Source: Deferrisomatales bacterium (GTDB lineage Bacteria > Desulfobacterota > Deferrisomatia > Deferrisomatales > JACRMM01). Taken from it: DNA of 59,586 nt. The translations under genes and the position numbers were made by a program. This document shows, piece by piece, positions 16,647 to 29,233 of the stretch; the first letter of the stretch is position 1; every line of letters begins with the position of its first letter. The notes below the pieces were generated by a model that did no database searches, was not told where the DNA came from, and saw only the letters and a list, made by a program, of their open reading frames with translations. Location of the stretch: assembly GCA_033551855.1 (NCBI GenBank), contig JAWSUI010000020.1, forward strand, positions 1-59,586, read 5' to 3'.

Positions 16647-19600
16647 ATGATCGAAAAAATCATCGAGTGGTCGATCCACAACAAGTTCATGGTGATCCTG
16701 GCCACGGTGTTCGTGATCCTGGGGGGGGTGTTGGCCATTGCCAGGATGCCGGTGGACGCCATCCCGGACCTCTCCGACGTCCAGGTGATCATCTACACCG
16801 AGTACCCCGGCCAGGCGCCGCAGGTGGTGGAGGATCAGGTCACCTATCCCCTCACCACCGCCATGCTCGCGGTCCCGTACGCGAAGGTGGTCCGGGGGTA
16901 CTCCTTCTTCGGCTTCTCCTTCGTCTACATCATCTTCGAGGACGGGACGGACCTCTACTGGGCCAGATCGCGGGTGCTGGAGTACCTGAACTTCGTATCC
17001 GGGAGGCTGCCCCGGGGCGTGACCCCCAGCCTGGGACCGGACGGCACCGGAGTGGGATGGGTCTACCAGTACGTCCTGAAGGACACCACCGGGAACCACG
17101 ACCTCCAGGAGCTGCGGTCCATCCAGGACTGGTATCTTCGCTACGAGCTCACTGCGGTGCCCGGGGTTTCCGAGGTTGCCAGTGTGGGCGGATTCGTGAA
17201 GCAGTACCAGGTAGAGGTGGATCCCAACAAGCTCCTGGCCTACAACGTGCCCATCCAGAAGGTGAGGATGGCCATCCAGCGGTCCAACAACGACGTGGGC
17301 GGCAAGCTCATCGAGATGGGCGAGACCGAATTCATGGTCCGGGGACGGGGATACCTCCAGGGCGTGGAAGACCTGGAGCACGTGAGCTTGGGCGTAGACC
17401 CCTACGGGGCTCCCATCCTGTTGAAGAACGTGGCTCACGTCCACGTGGGCCCCGAGCTTCGCCGTGGGATCGTCGAGTGGGGCGGCGAGGGGGAGACGGT
17501 CGGCGGAATCGTGGTCATGCGCTTCGGGGAAAACGCCCTCGACGTGATCCACAACGTTCAGACAAAGCTCCGGGAGCTCGAGAAGGGCTTGCCCGAAGGC
17601 GTCGTGATCGAAACCGCCTACGACCGTTCGGGCCTCATCCACCGGGCCGTGGAAACCCTGCGGGAAAAGCTCGTCGAGGAGATGATCGTGGTGGCGCTCA
17701 TCTGCGTCATCTTCCTCCTCCACTTCCGCTCGGCCTTCGTGGCGATCTTCACACTGCCCGTGGGAATCCTGATGGCCCTCCTCGCCATGTACCTCGCGGG
17801 CGTCAACGCCAACATCATGAGCCTGGGGGGCATCGCCATCGCCATCGGCGTGATGGTGGACGCCTCGGTGGTGCTCGTGGAGAACGCCCACAAGCACCTG
17901 GAGCGGGACAAGGGCAAGAAGCCCCACCTGCAGATCATGATGGAGGCCGCCAAGGAAGTGGGACCGGCCCTCTTCTACAGCCTCCTCATCATCACGGTCT
18001 CCTTCCTGCCGGTCTTTGCCCTGCAGGAGCAGTCCGGGCGCATGTTCAAGCCCCTGGCGTACACCAAGACGTTCGCCATGGCGGCGAGCTCGGTTCTGGC
18101 CATCACGATCATCCCGGTACTGATGACCTTCTTCATCCGGGAGGAGACCTTTTCACCCGAGACCACGCGAAGGCGCCGGTTCTGGACCTGGGTCGGCGCC
18201 ATACTGGGCCCGCCGCTCCTCGTGGTCCTGGGCGGGATTTCGGGTCTCCAGCTTCCCGACTGGGCCCTCGTGGCCGCGTTCGCCGTGTCGGCTTTCGCCG
18301 CCGTCTGCCTGGTGCCCCAGAAGATGCTTTCCGAGGCTCGCAACCCCCTCAGCCGGCTCTTCATCTGGCTCTACCTTCCGCTGATCCGTGCCGTGCTCCA
18401 CTGGCGGAAGACCACGGTACTCCTGGCGATCCTGGTGGTGGTGGCGACCTGGTTCCCCTTCACCCGACTGGGGAACGAGTTCATGCCTCCCCTGAACGAG
18501 GGAGACCTCCTCTACATGCCGACGACCCTTCCCGGCATCTCGATTACCAAGGCGAAGGAGATCCTCCAGCAGACCGACAAGATCATCCAGAGCTTTCCCG
18601 AAGTGCACCACACCCTGGGGAAGATCGGCCGGGCCGAGACGGCGACCGACCCGGCGCCTCTCAGCATGATCGAGACCACCATCATGCTCCGGCCGCAGGT
18701 GACCTATGAAGAGATCCCGGTGGAGCGCTGGTTCTCCGGCTGGCCCGGGTGGCTCAAGAAACCCCTCACGTGGCTGTGGCCCGAAGTCGAGCGGGGCGAG
18801 GTGGTCCACGAGTGGCGAAGGAAGCAGGTGGACCGCTTCTTCTCGAGCTGGCCCGGTTGGCTCAAGGGGCCGTTGGCGTGGATCTGGCCCGAGGAGCGTT
18901 ACCTCACCATCGAGGAGTTGGTGGACGACCTGAACGCCGCGATTCGCTTTCCGGGGCTCACCAACGCGTGGACCATGCCCATCAAGACGCGCATCGACAT
19001 GCTCTCCACAGGGATCAAGACCCCGGTGGGTATCAAGCTCATGGGACCCGACCTCCAGACCCTCTCGGACCTGGGGGCCCAGATCGAGGCCGTGGCGAGG
19101 GAGATCCCGGGAACCCTCTCCGCCTACTCGGAGCGAGTCACGGGCGGGAACTATCTCGACTTCGAGATCGACCGAAAGGAGATCGCCCGCTACGGCCTCA
19201 CCGTGGGAGACGTCCAGGACGTCATCATGACCGCCATCGGGGGCATGAACGTGACCTACACCGTGGAGGGACTCGAGCGCTACCCGGTGAACCTGCGCTA
19301 CAGCCGGGAGCTCCGGGACGACATCGAGCAAGTCAGGAGGGTCCTGGTCCCGACACCGACCGGAGCCCAGGTACCCCTGGAGCAGTTGGCAGGGTTGACG
19401 ATCAAGAGGGGGCCGCCGGGGATCAAGAGCGAAAACGCCCGGCGGACCGCCTGGATCTACGTGGACCTGGCGGGAGTGGACGTGGGTTCCTACGTGGAGC
19501 GGGCGAAGACGATCATACACCGGGAGGTGGACTTTCCCCCCGGTTACTCGATCGTGTGGTCGGGCCAGTACGAGTACATGGAGAAGGCCCGCCGGACCCT

Positions 19601-20168
19601 GAACGTGATCGTCCCGATCACCCTGCTCATCATCTTCCTGCTCCTCTACGTGCACTTTCACAGCGTCGCGGAGGCAACCCTGGTCATGGCGAGCCTTCCC
19701 TTCGCCCTGGTCGGGGGCGTGTGGCTCCTCCACTTCCTGGACTACAACAACTCGGTGGCCGTGGTGGTGGGTTTCATCGCCCTGGCCGGGCTGGCCGCCG
19801 AGACCGGGGTCGTGATGCTCGTGTATCTGGACGGCGCCTTCGCGCGCCGGAAGACCGGCGGCCTCATGAAGACCACCGGCGATCTTCGCGCCTCGATCAT
19901 CGAGGGGGCGGTGGACAGGGTGCGGCCCAAGCTCATGACCGTGGCCACGACCCTGATCGGCCTCATGCCCATCATGTACGCGACCGGGACCGGCTCGGAG
20001 ACGATGAAGCGCATCGCCGCCCCGATGGTCGGGGGGCTCATCTCCTCCGCGGTGCTCACCCTGTTGATCATCCCGGCGGTCTACGACCTCTGGAAGCGTT
20101 GGGAGCTCCGGGGAACCCTGGTCCACGGCCCCCACACGGACGTGCATTCAGAGGAGGCGATCCCGTGA
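16647..20168 (+). CDS. cusA: CusA/CzcA-family heavy-metal efflux RND permease
   Basis: VDAIPDLSDVQVI, NIMSLGGIAIAIGVMVDA, EFMPPLNEGDLLYMP, DPAPLSMIET, RIDMLSTG, RVRPKLMT; Met-rich Cu(I)/Ag(I) type. Confidence 0.96.
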   Translation: MIEKIIEWSIHNKFMVILATVFVILGGVLAIARMPVDAIPDLSDVQVIIYTEYPGQAPQVVEDQVTYPLTTAMLAVPYAKVVRGYSFFGFSFVYIIFEDGTDLYWARSRVLEYLNFVSGRLPRGVTPSLGPDGTGVGWVYQYVLKDTTGNHDLQELRSIQDWYLRYELTAVPGVSEVASVGGFVKQYQVEVDPNKLLAYNVPIQKVRMAIQRSNNDVGGKLIEMGETEFMVRGRGYLQGVEDLEHVSLGVDPYGAPILLKNVAHVHVGPELRRGIVEWGGEGETVGGIVVMRFGENALDVIHNVQTKLRELEKGLPEGVVIETAYDRSGLIHRAVETLREKLVEEMIVVALICVIFLLHFRSAFVAIFTLPVGILMALLAMYLAGVNANIMSLGGIAIAIGVMVDASVVLVENAHKHLERDKGKKPHLQIMMEAAKEVGPALFYSLLIITVSFLPVFALQEQSGRMFKPLAYTKTFAMAASSVLAITIIPVLMTFFIREETFSPETTRRRRFWTWVGAILGPPLLVVLGGISGLQLPDWALVAAFAVSAFAAVCLVPQKMLSEARNPLSRLFIWLYLPLIRAVLHWRKTTVLLAILVVVATWFPFTRLGNEFMPPLNEGDLLYMPTTLPGISITKAKEILQQTDKIIQSFPEVHHTLGKIGRAETATDPAPLSMIETTIMLRPQVTYEEIPVERWFSGWPGWLKKPLTWLWPEVERGEVVHEWRRKQVDRFFSSWPGWLKGPLAWIWPEERYLTIEELVDDLNAAIRFPGLTNAWTMPIKTRIDMLSTGIKTPVGIKLMGPDLQTLSDLGAQIEAVAREIPGTLSAYSERVTGGNYLDFEIDRKEIARYGLTVGDVQDVIMTAIGGMNVTYTVEGLERYPVNLRYSRELRDDIEQVRRVLVPTPTGAQVPLEQLAGLTIKRGPPGIKSENARRTAWIYVDLAGVDVGSYVERAKTIIHREVDFPPGYSIVWSGQYEYMEKARRTLNVIVPITLLIIFLLLYVHFHSVAEATLVMASLPFALVGGVWLLHFLDYNNSVAVVVGFIALAGLAAETGVVMLVYLDGAFARRKTGGLMKTTGDLRASIIEGAVDRVRPKLMTVATTLIGLMPIMYATGTGSETMKRIAAPMVGGLISSAVLTLLIIPAVYDLWKRWELRGTLVHGPHTDVHSEEAIP

Positions 20169-20503
20169 AGATGGTCAAAGGCATCATCCGGAGCGAGCGG
20201 GCGAGCGAGGTCCTGAACGCCCTCTCGGAGATGGGCATCTTGAACTCCACCCTGTTCCACGTGCTGGCGGTGGGGCCGCACACCGACCCGGACGCGACCA
20301 AGGTGAGCTTCGAATTCGGGCCGCAGGCCAACCGGATGGTATGCCTCGAGCTCATCTGCCCGGACCGGGACGAAATCCGGATCGTGGAAACCGTGCGGCG
20401 GGCCGCCCGCACCGGCCAGGGGGGGGACGGAGTGATCACGGTGCACAACCTGAACCGCCTGGTGAAGATCCGCACCGGCGCGGAGAGCACCGAGGCCCTC
20501 TGA
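20165..20503 (+). CDS. P-II family protein downstream of cusA
   Basis: GTGA overlap; MVKGIIR..ARTGQGGDGVI..KIRTG resembles P-II termini, but the T-loop is atypical. Confidence 0.82.
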   Translation: MKMVKGIIRSERASEVLNALSEMGILNSTLFHVLAVGPHTDPDATKVSFEFGPQANRMVCLELICPDRDEIRIVETVRRAARTGQGGDGVITVHNLNRLVKIRTGAESTEAL

Positions 20504-20696
20504 TGCCCCGTTTCGTGGCTCTTTGACCGACGGCGGGTGGGAGGGAACTGACAGTCTTTTGGGCAAAGCTGACCAGCGAAACCGTGCCAATCTGCGGCAG
20601 AGCTGTTACACTTCTTTGGTAGGCAATGTTCACTGGAAAGCGCGACCGTAAAATGGATTTAACCCGGGTCGCGAACACCACGAGAGGAGCGACATC

Positions 20697-21221
20697 ATGA
20701 AGAGCATGACGGCTCGGACCCTGTTGGCCCTAGGTGCATCCCTCGCGCTCGCCGTGCCCGGCCTGGCCCAGATGCAACACGGCGGCGGGGCCCACGGCGC
20801 GGGGCACGGCGCTCCGAAGTCCCACGACGTGGACCACCGCGAGCACATGGGCGACGAGATCCACGAGAGCACGGTGGAGGGCTTCGGGTTCTACTACCAT
20901 CTCATCGACAACGTGGCCCAGATGGAGGCGATGAGCGAGCAAATGAAGGAATCCATGAAGGGGCACGACATGAGCCAGATGAAGCCCCACCACCTGATGC
21001 TCTACGTGTTGGACCCGGACGGAAAGCCCGTGACGGACGCCAGGCTGGGTTATCTGATCAGGGGCCCCGGCGAGCAGGAGCAGCGTACCATGGCGGCTTT
21101 CATGGAAGGCGGCTTCGGGGCGGACGTGGACCTCGAGGCGCCGGGCACGTACCAGATCACCACCCGGGTCGTTGCCGCAGGCAAGAATCTCGTCGATACC
21201 TTCGAATACGAGGTGAAATGA
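20697..21221 (+). CDS. Periplasmic His/Met-rich protein (YtkA/FixH-like fold; probable copper-binding protein)
   Basis: Signal peptide, HGGGAHGAGH..HDVDHREHM, MKESMKGHDMSQM, HHLMLYVLDPDGKPV..PGTYQI; GAGGAG RBS. Confidence 0.75.
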   Translation: MKSMTARTLLALGASLALAVPGLAQMQHGGGAHGAGHGAPKSHDVDHREHMGDEIHESTVEGFGFYYHLIDNVAQMEAMSEQMKESMKGHDMSQMKPHHLMLYVLDPDGKPVTDARLGYLIRGPGEQEQRTMAAFMEGGFGADVDLEAPGTYQITTRVVAAGKNLVDTFEYEVK

Positions 21222-21246
21222 GGCTCGTCCGAGGCGGCGGTATGCA

Positions 21247-24200
21247 TCAGGGGCGGGCCGCGGAGCCCGCCCCTTGCCGCTCTGGGGCTCCGTGGCCGGA
21301 CTTTCCCAAACCCGGCGACGGATGACGTCCAGGGGCCGAGCGAACGCGAGAGACCAGCTCCGAGAAGCGGTACGGCTTGGGGATGAAACCGAACGCACCG
21401 GCGCCCAAGGCCCTCTCGGCGGCATCAGCGCCATACCCGCTGGCGACGAGAACCCGGAGTTCCGGTTGAATGCGCAGGAGCTCTTCGAGACACGCCTGCC
21501 CCCCCATCCCGGGCATACCGAGATCCAGGAGCACCAGGTCGACGGCCTCCCGGTGCTCCCGGATGAGGTCCAGGGCCGCCTCACCGGTCGGTGCCGTGAG
21601 CACACCGTACCCCTGACGGTGTAGGGCCGTCCGGGCGAGGGCCAGCACGGCGGGCTCGTCATCCACCACCAGCACCTTGGGGGGGGACGACGGACACGCT
21701 GATGCGGGAGCGTCGACCGGTTCTGCTGCCGGCGCGAGGCCCGCAGAGACGGGTAAGTAGATCTCGAATCTCGTCCCCCGGCCGAGCTCCGACTCAAGAG
21801 TCACCAGGCCCCGGTGCGCCGCCACGATGCCGTAGACCGTGGAGAGCCCCAGCCCGGTCCCCTCTCCGACCTTCTTGGTGGTGAAAAAGGGCTCGAAGGC
21901 TCGACGCGCGGTCTCCGCGTCCATGCCCGCGCCAGTGTCGGCGACCGTGATCCGAACGTAGCGGCCCGGCGCGAGGCCGGGGTACCCCGCACAGAACGCG
22001 CCGTCGAGTACGACGTTTTCCGTCTCCAGCGTCATCGTTCCGCCGCAGGTCATCGCATCCCTCGCGTTGGCGGCCAGGTTGAGAAGCACCTGGGCGAGCT
22101 GGTTGGCATCCGCGTGGACGGGCCATGCGCCGTCTGCCAGGCGGGCCTCGATCCGCGTCATCCGAGGCATCGCGTGCTCCAGGAGGCGGAGGACGTCCCG
22201 GATCTCCCGGTTCGCATCCACGGCACGAAACACGGGGTTGTCTCGCCGCGCGAAGGCGAGCAGCCCTCGGACCAGCTCGGATGCGCGGTCCGCCGCCCGT
22301 GCGATCTCACCCAATCCTTCTCGGGTCTCCCGGGGATGTCCTTCCCGGCTGAGCAGGAAGTCCGCATACCCGGAGATCGCGTGCACGATGTTGTTGAAGT
22401 CGTGGGCGATGCCGCTCGCCAGAGTCCCTACTGCCTCCATCTTCTGGGAGTGCAGGAGCTGGTCACGAAGCCGGTGTTCCTCCGTCACGTCCCGCCCCAC
22501 GGCGATCGCGCCGGAGGGTGCCCCTCCCGTACCGATTAGCCGGCGGGCACTCCAGGAAACCACCCGGTCCCTGCCGTCCTTCCCCCGGACCACCGCCTCG
22601 AACCCTTCCAGCGCCTCCCCGTCCAGGACCGCTCGGGCCTTGGCTTGCAGGGCGGCGCCGTGCTGCGGGCCCGGGAAGAGCCTCTCCCAGGCCGCCGTAA
22701 CCCCGAGGATCTCCTCCCGACGGTATCCGCTGATCTGCTCTGCGGCCCGGTTCCAGAGGACTACACGCAGACTCTCGTCCAGGACGGTGATCCAGACGTT
22801 GGCGTTTTCGATGATCCCCTCCCGGAGCTGATTCAGGCGGTGGAGGTCCGCCGCTGCCGCCTTCTGTTCGGTCACGTCCCGGTTGGTGGAGAGGATGTGC
22901 AGCTTCCCCGCAATCGGCATGACCGCCGCCGAAAGAACCCCCTCGACGACGTGGCCGTCCCGGTGGCGGAAGCGCACCTCGAAATCTCTCACCGCCCCTT
23001 CGACGCGCAGTCGCGCCGTGAGCTCCGCCCGCTCCGACGGGTCCGCCCAGATCCCAAGCTCCTGCGTCGTTCGCCCGATGGCCTCCGCCCGGTCGTATCC
23101 CGTGATTGCCGTGAAGCCGGAGTTGACGTCCACGCACATCCCGTCGTCCAAACGGGTCAGGGTCATGGAGTCGGGGCTCGTGTGAAAGGCGGTCCGGAAT
23201 CTGCGCTCGCTCTCGCGAAGGGCCTCGTCCGCCTCGTGTCGGGCGGTGACGTCCTTCAGCACGGCGATGAACCCGGCGGGACGGCCCGTTTCGTCCCTCA
23301 GGTAGTCCCAGTGGACCTCGACGGTCACTTCCCTGCCGTCCAGCGCAGTGATGCGTCCTAGGTACGGAACCGGCTCGGGTCGTTCCTGGGCCGCTCTGGC
23401 AAAGAACGCCCGCAGCCGTTCCCTCTCTTCCTCGACGGACGGGAACTCCCACACCGACCGGCCGACGAGGGCACCGGCGGGGGCGCCCGTGAGGGCGTGC
23501 AGGGCCGGGTTGGCGTAGCGGATGCTGCCCTCGGGGTCCAACTCCTCGACCCCGAGGGGAACCATCTCGAGGAGGGACCGGTAGCGCCGCTCGCGCGCCG
23601 CACGGTCGCGGAGCCAGCCCCGTTCCTTGCGGTACCACCAGGACAGGGCGACGAGGAGGACGAGGATCGGCGAGCCGAACAGGAGGAGCTCAGCGCGCTG
23701 TCGCAGGAACGAGGCCAAGGTCGGCCGGGGCGGAGCGAGAACCGTGAAGTCCCACCCACTTGCGCCGTCGCGCACCGTCGCACGGCGGTGTGTTCCTCCA
23801 TCCAGCGCGAGCGGGTCTTGGTCGATCGCAAGACCCGGTACCGCGGCACCCTGCCAGCGGGGAAACGACGGCGAGGCGTGGTAGACGACGCCGGCGGCGT
23901 CGTGCACCGCCAGGGACAGGTCCGTGCCCTCGACGAGCTCGCGCCACCGCGTCTCGAGAGGCGAGAAGTCCAGGGACACCCCGAGAACGCCCTCGAACGC
24001 TCCCTCGCCGCCGCGCAGGGCCACGGCAAGACCCGTGACGAGGCGGCCGCTGATAGGCCCCTGGTGGGGCTCCATGACCACCCGCGAAGTCCCGGCAGCC
24101 AGACACCGGAAGAACGGGAGCGCCTCGATGGGCGACGCCTCCGAGAAGCCCGACTTCCCGGAAGCGAAGAACCGGCCCGCGGCGTCGGTGGCTGCGAAGT

Positions 24201-24495
24201 TGACCGCCTCCGGGAACCGGGAGTTGAGGGCTCGCAGCAGCTCGGTGGCCGCCTCCGGCTCGCTCCGGCTGATCGGCCGCACCTCCGAGAGGGCGTCCAG
24301 GACGGCGCCGTGGCGGTCGAAGAACTCCTCCGACGCCCGGGACGCCTCCTCGGCCGCCCGCTGCAGGCGGACCGCTTGCTCGTCCTGGAACTGGCGGTAC
24401 TCGCTCACCACCACCGAGCCGAACAGCGATGCCTGTGTCAGCACGATTCCTACGAGGATCGCGTCGAGGAGACGGCTGCTGCCGAAGCCGCTCAT
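21247..24495 (-). CDS. Hybrid sensor histidine kinase (Cache-like, 3 PAS, HisKA, HATPase, REC)
   Basis: Two TMs around a periplasmic domain, three PAS/PAC units (DVT ends), GIAHDFNN, NARDAM, FFTTK, C-terminal VVDDE receiver; start uncertain (24495 or 24597). Confidence 0.92.
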   Translation of the reverse strand: MSGFGSSRLLDAILVGIVLTQASLFGSVVVSEYRQFQDEQAVRLQRAAEEASRASEEFFDRHGAVLDALSEVRPISRSEPEAATELLRALNSRFPEAVNFAATDAAGRFFASGKSGFSEASPIEALPFFRCLAAGTSRVVMEPHQGPISGRLVTGLAVALRGGEGAFEGVLGVSLDFSPLETRWRELVEGTDLSLAVHDAAGVVYHASPSFPRWQGAAVPGLAIDQDPLALDGGTHRRATVRDGASGWDFTVLAPPRPTLASFLRQRAELLLFGSPILVLLVALSWWYRKERGWLRDRAARERRYRSLLEMVPLGVEELDPEGSIRYANPALHALTGAPAGALVGRSVWEFPSVEEERERLRAFFARAAQERPEPVPYLGRITALDGREVTVEVHWDYLRDETGRPAGFIAVLKDVTARHEADEALRESERRFRTAFHTSPDSMTLTRLDDGMCVDVNSGFTAITGYDRAEAIGRTTQELGIWADPSERAELTARLRVEGAVRDFEVRFRHRDGHVVEGVLSAAVMPIAGKLHILSTNRDVTEQKAAAADLHRLNQLREGIIENANVWITVLDESLRVVLWNRAAEQISGYRREEILGVTAAWERLFPGPQHGAALQAKARAVLDGEALEGFEAVVRGKDGRDRVVSWSARRLIGTGGAPSGAIAVGRDVTEEHRLRDQLLHSQKMEAVGTLASGIAHDFNNIVHAISGYADFLLSREGHPRETREGLGEIARAADRASELVRGLLAFARRDNPVFRAVDANREIRDVLRLLEHAMPRMTRIEARLADGAWPVHADANQLAQVLLNLAANARDAMTCGGTMTLETENVVLDGAFCAGYPGLAPGRYVRITVADTGAGMDAETARRAFEPFFTTKKVGEGTGLGLSTVYGIVAAHRGLVTLESELGRGTRFEIYLPVSAGLAPAAEPVDAPASACPSSPPKVLVVDDEPAVLALARTALHRQGYGVLTAPTGEAALDLIREHREAVDLVLLDLGMPGMGGQACLEELLRIQPELRVLVASGYGADAAERALGAGAFGFIPKPYRFSELVSRVRSAPGRHPSPGLGKSGHGAPERQGAGSAARP

Positions 24496-24619
24496 GAATG
24501 GTACCGCATCGGTGGCGTCATGGGCGGCAACCGGCCGATCCCGTGGCGAAGGACGGGTCTTTGCCCGCGGGTTCGCGCGGAACGAAGCGGTCCCCACCCC
24601 CTGTGGCGGCCCGCGTCAC

Positions 24620-25606
24620 TCAGGCCCCGACGGCTGCGGCCCGGATGCCGGGCAACGAGGGGGAATCCGCGGCCATCGCGGCCAGGAACGCGTCCACGAG
24701 GCGGGCATCCAGGTGGGCCCCCGCCAGGGACCGGACCATCTCACCCACCGTCTCCGGGGAAAACGCCGCTCGGTACGGGCGGTCGGACGCCAGTGCGTCG
24801 AAGATGTCGGCCACGGCCACGATGCGGGCCTCCAGAGGAATCTCGCTCCCCTTCAGCCCGGCCGGGTAGCCCGTGCCGTCCATCTTCTCGTGGTGGTGCC
24901 GGATCACGTGGACCACCGCCGGGGAGAGGCGGGCCTTGCTCGCCACCTCGAAACCCCACTCCGAGTGACGCTTCACGAGCTCGAACTCGTCGGGGGTGAG
25001 CGGACCGTTCTTGTTCAGCACGGCTTCCGGAACGCCGATCTTGCCGCAGTCGTGAAGCCAGCTTCCCCGGCGCAGGTCGACCTTCGCCCGGTGTTCGAGT
25101 CCCAGGCGGTCGGCGATCAAGACCGCGTATTGGGCCACGCGGTCGCAGTGGCCCCGGGTGTGGGGGTCCTTGAGCTCGATGGCCTGGGCCAGGGACAGGA
25201 GCTTTGCCTCGTCCGCATCCTGCATCGCCCGGACGACGTGGTAGCGCTCAGCGGCATCGAGCACGGCCTGCCGGAGCTCATCGTCTTTCCAGGGCTTGGT
25301 CATCAACCGGAAGACCTCTGCGCGGTTGATCGCCGTCAGCGCAATTTCAAGGTCCGCGTAGCCGGTCAGCAGAATCTTGACCGTATCGGGAGCGCTGCGG
25401 CGAAGCCGGCTGAGGAACTCCGTTCCCGCCAAACCGGGCATGCGGTTGTCCGAGACCACCACGGAGACCTCTTCCGTCCGCACCATCTCCAGCGCCTCTT
25501 CCGCGCTGGACGCCTCCAGGAGGCGAAGGGGATCTCCCCGGAACAGGCGCCGAAGCGCTCGGAGGACGTTGGCTTCGTCGTCAACGAAGAGAACGGTCGA
25601 CTTCAT
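24620..25606 (-). CDS. Response regulator with HD-GYP phosphodiesterase domain
   Basis: LFVDDE receiver; KDPHTRGHCDRV, LHDCGKIG, HHHEKMDGTGYP, VADIFDAL. Confidence 0.94.
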   Translation of the reverse strand: MKSTVLFVDDEANVLRALRRLFRGDPLRLLEASSAEEALEMVRTEEVSVVVSDNRMPGLAGTEFLSRLRRSAPDTVKILLTGYADLEIALTAINRAEVFRLMTKPWKDDELRQAVLDAAERYHVVRAMQDADEAKLLSLAQAIELKDPHTRGHCDRVAQYAVLIADRLGLEHRAKVDLRRGSWLHDCGKIGVPEAVLNKNGPLTPDEFELVKRHSEWGFEVASKARLSPAVVHVIRHHHEKMDGTGYPAGLKGSEIPLEARIVAVADIFDALASDRPYRAAFSPETVGEMVRSLAGAHLDARLVDAFLAAMAADSPSLPGIRAAAVGA

Positions 25607-25865
25607 GTCGAGTCCCTGGAAGGAGGGGGGCGGGAGCCGTCGCGACGCCTCCGGTATGCGCCAAGCTGAAGGATCGGCCCTTCTGCGGAGGACTTGAGTC
25701 CGGCCGTCCCGGAACCTCAACCTCGATCTGGGCCGTGCCGATAGATAGCCGGGCTCCATCGCGGAGTCGCCCGTCTCTCGCAGGCAACCGGGGACGGCCG
25801 ATGGAGCCCGCCCCGCTCGCGCCCCCCCGAAACCCGGGTCGGGCCGGTGCCAAGAGGAGAGCCGC

Positions 25866-27989
<2,124 letters not shown>

Positions 27990-28117
27990 GTCGACGTCCG
28001 CGTGCTTCCATTCCGGACCACGGGAGACGCCGCCCTCGGTCCCCCGGGGAGATGGCCGCGGCCGGCCGGGCCACCGACCCTCAGGGACCGCGCCACACCG
28101 CCATCGTGGGAGGACCG

Positions 28118-29233
28118 ATGACCCGTCACACCCTGCTGCTGGTCGACGACGAGGAGAACCTGCTCCGAGCCCTCGCCCGCCTCTTCCGCCGGCTGGGCCA
28201 CCAGATCCTCTCCGCGCGCGACGGCGCCGAAGCACTGCTCGTCCTGAAAGAGCATCCGGTGTCGGTGATCATTTCCGACCACCGCATGCCGGGCATGTCC
28301 GGGGCGGAGCTGCTGCGCGCCGCAGCACAGGTCCAACCCGAGGCGGTGCGTGTCATGCTCACCGGGTACGGAGATCTGCAGGCCGCCACGTCCGCCATCA
28401 ATGAGAGCCGCGTGTACCGCTTCCTGCCGAAGCCTTGGGAGGACGCGGAGCTGCTCCGGACGGTGGAGGAAGCCCTCGCGGACCTGGACCTCAAACGGGA
28501 GCATAGGGCCCTGCGCGAGCGGGTGGCACGCCAGAGCTGGCAGCTTCGCGACCTGAACGAGGACCTGGAGCGGAAGGTGCGGGAGCGAACCGAGGCGCTG
28601 CAAGACGCCCTGGACCACGCCGACCTTCTCAACCGGAACCTGCGTCAGCAGAACCTGGCCACCGTAAAGGCCTTCGCTGGGCTTCTGGACCTGCGCCATC
28701 CCGAGCTCGGCGCTCACTGCCGCCGCGTCGCCGGCCTCGTGGAGCCCGTGTGCTCGCGCCTGGGCGTCACGGACGCAGACAGGGTACAGGAGGTGGTCAT
28801 CGGCGCTCTGCTGCACGATCTGGGAAGACTGGCGCTCCCCGATGCGATCCTCCTGCAGGACGCAGCCCACCTCGGAGACGGGGAGCGAGAAACGGTCATG
28901 CGCCACCCCGTTCTGGGTCAGGGGCAGGTCCAGGTCATCGAGGGCCTGACGGACGTGGCCCTCATGCTACGGCACCACCATGAGAACATGGATGGGAGCG
29001 GCTATCCCGACGGGCTCGCGGGCGACCAGATCCCCTGGGGCGCACGGGTCATCCGGGTGCTCGACGCCTACGACCATGGCACCCCAAAGGACGGCCGGCA
29101 GGGGTGTCGCGACGCCGCCGCGCCGGACGCCATGGACCGACAGGTGGGGCGCCACTTCGACGGGGAGGTCTTCCACGCCCTCCGCGACGTGCTCCGGCGT
29201 CGCGACGAGGCCGGCGAGGGGTCGCCCCCGTAA
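28118..29233 (+). CDS. Response regulator with HD-GYP domain, apparently C-terminally truncated
   Basis: LLVDDEE receiver, coiled coil, HCRRVA, LLHDLG, HHHENMDGSGYP; GGAGG RBS. Confidence 0.9.
   Translation: MTRHTLLLVDDEENLLRALARLFRRLGHQILSARDGAEALLVLKEHPVSVIISDHRMPGMSGAELLRAAAQVQPEAVRVMLTGYGDLQAATSAINESRVYRFLPKPWEDAELLRTVEEALADLDLKREHRALRERVARQSWQLRDLNEDLERKVRERTEALQDALDHADLLNRNLRQQNLATVKAFAGLLDLRHPELGAHCRRVAGLVEPVCSRLGVTDADRVQEVVIGALLHDLGRLALPDAILLQDAAHLGDGERETVMRHPVLGQGQVQVIEGLTDVALMLRHHHENMDGSGYPDGLAGDQIPWGARVIRVLDAYDHGTPKDGRQGCRDAAAPDAMDRQVGRHFDGEVFHALRDVLRRRDEAGEGSPP

Noticed and set aside
20575..20590. Minus-strand TTGGCACGGTTTCGCT as a sigma54 promoter
   Set aside because: Spacing is GG-N9-GC rather than N10, and it points antisense into the P-II gene.
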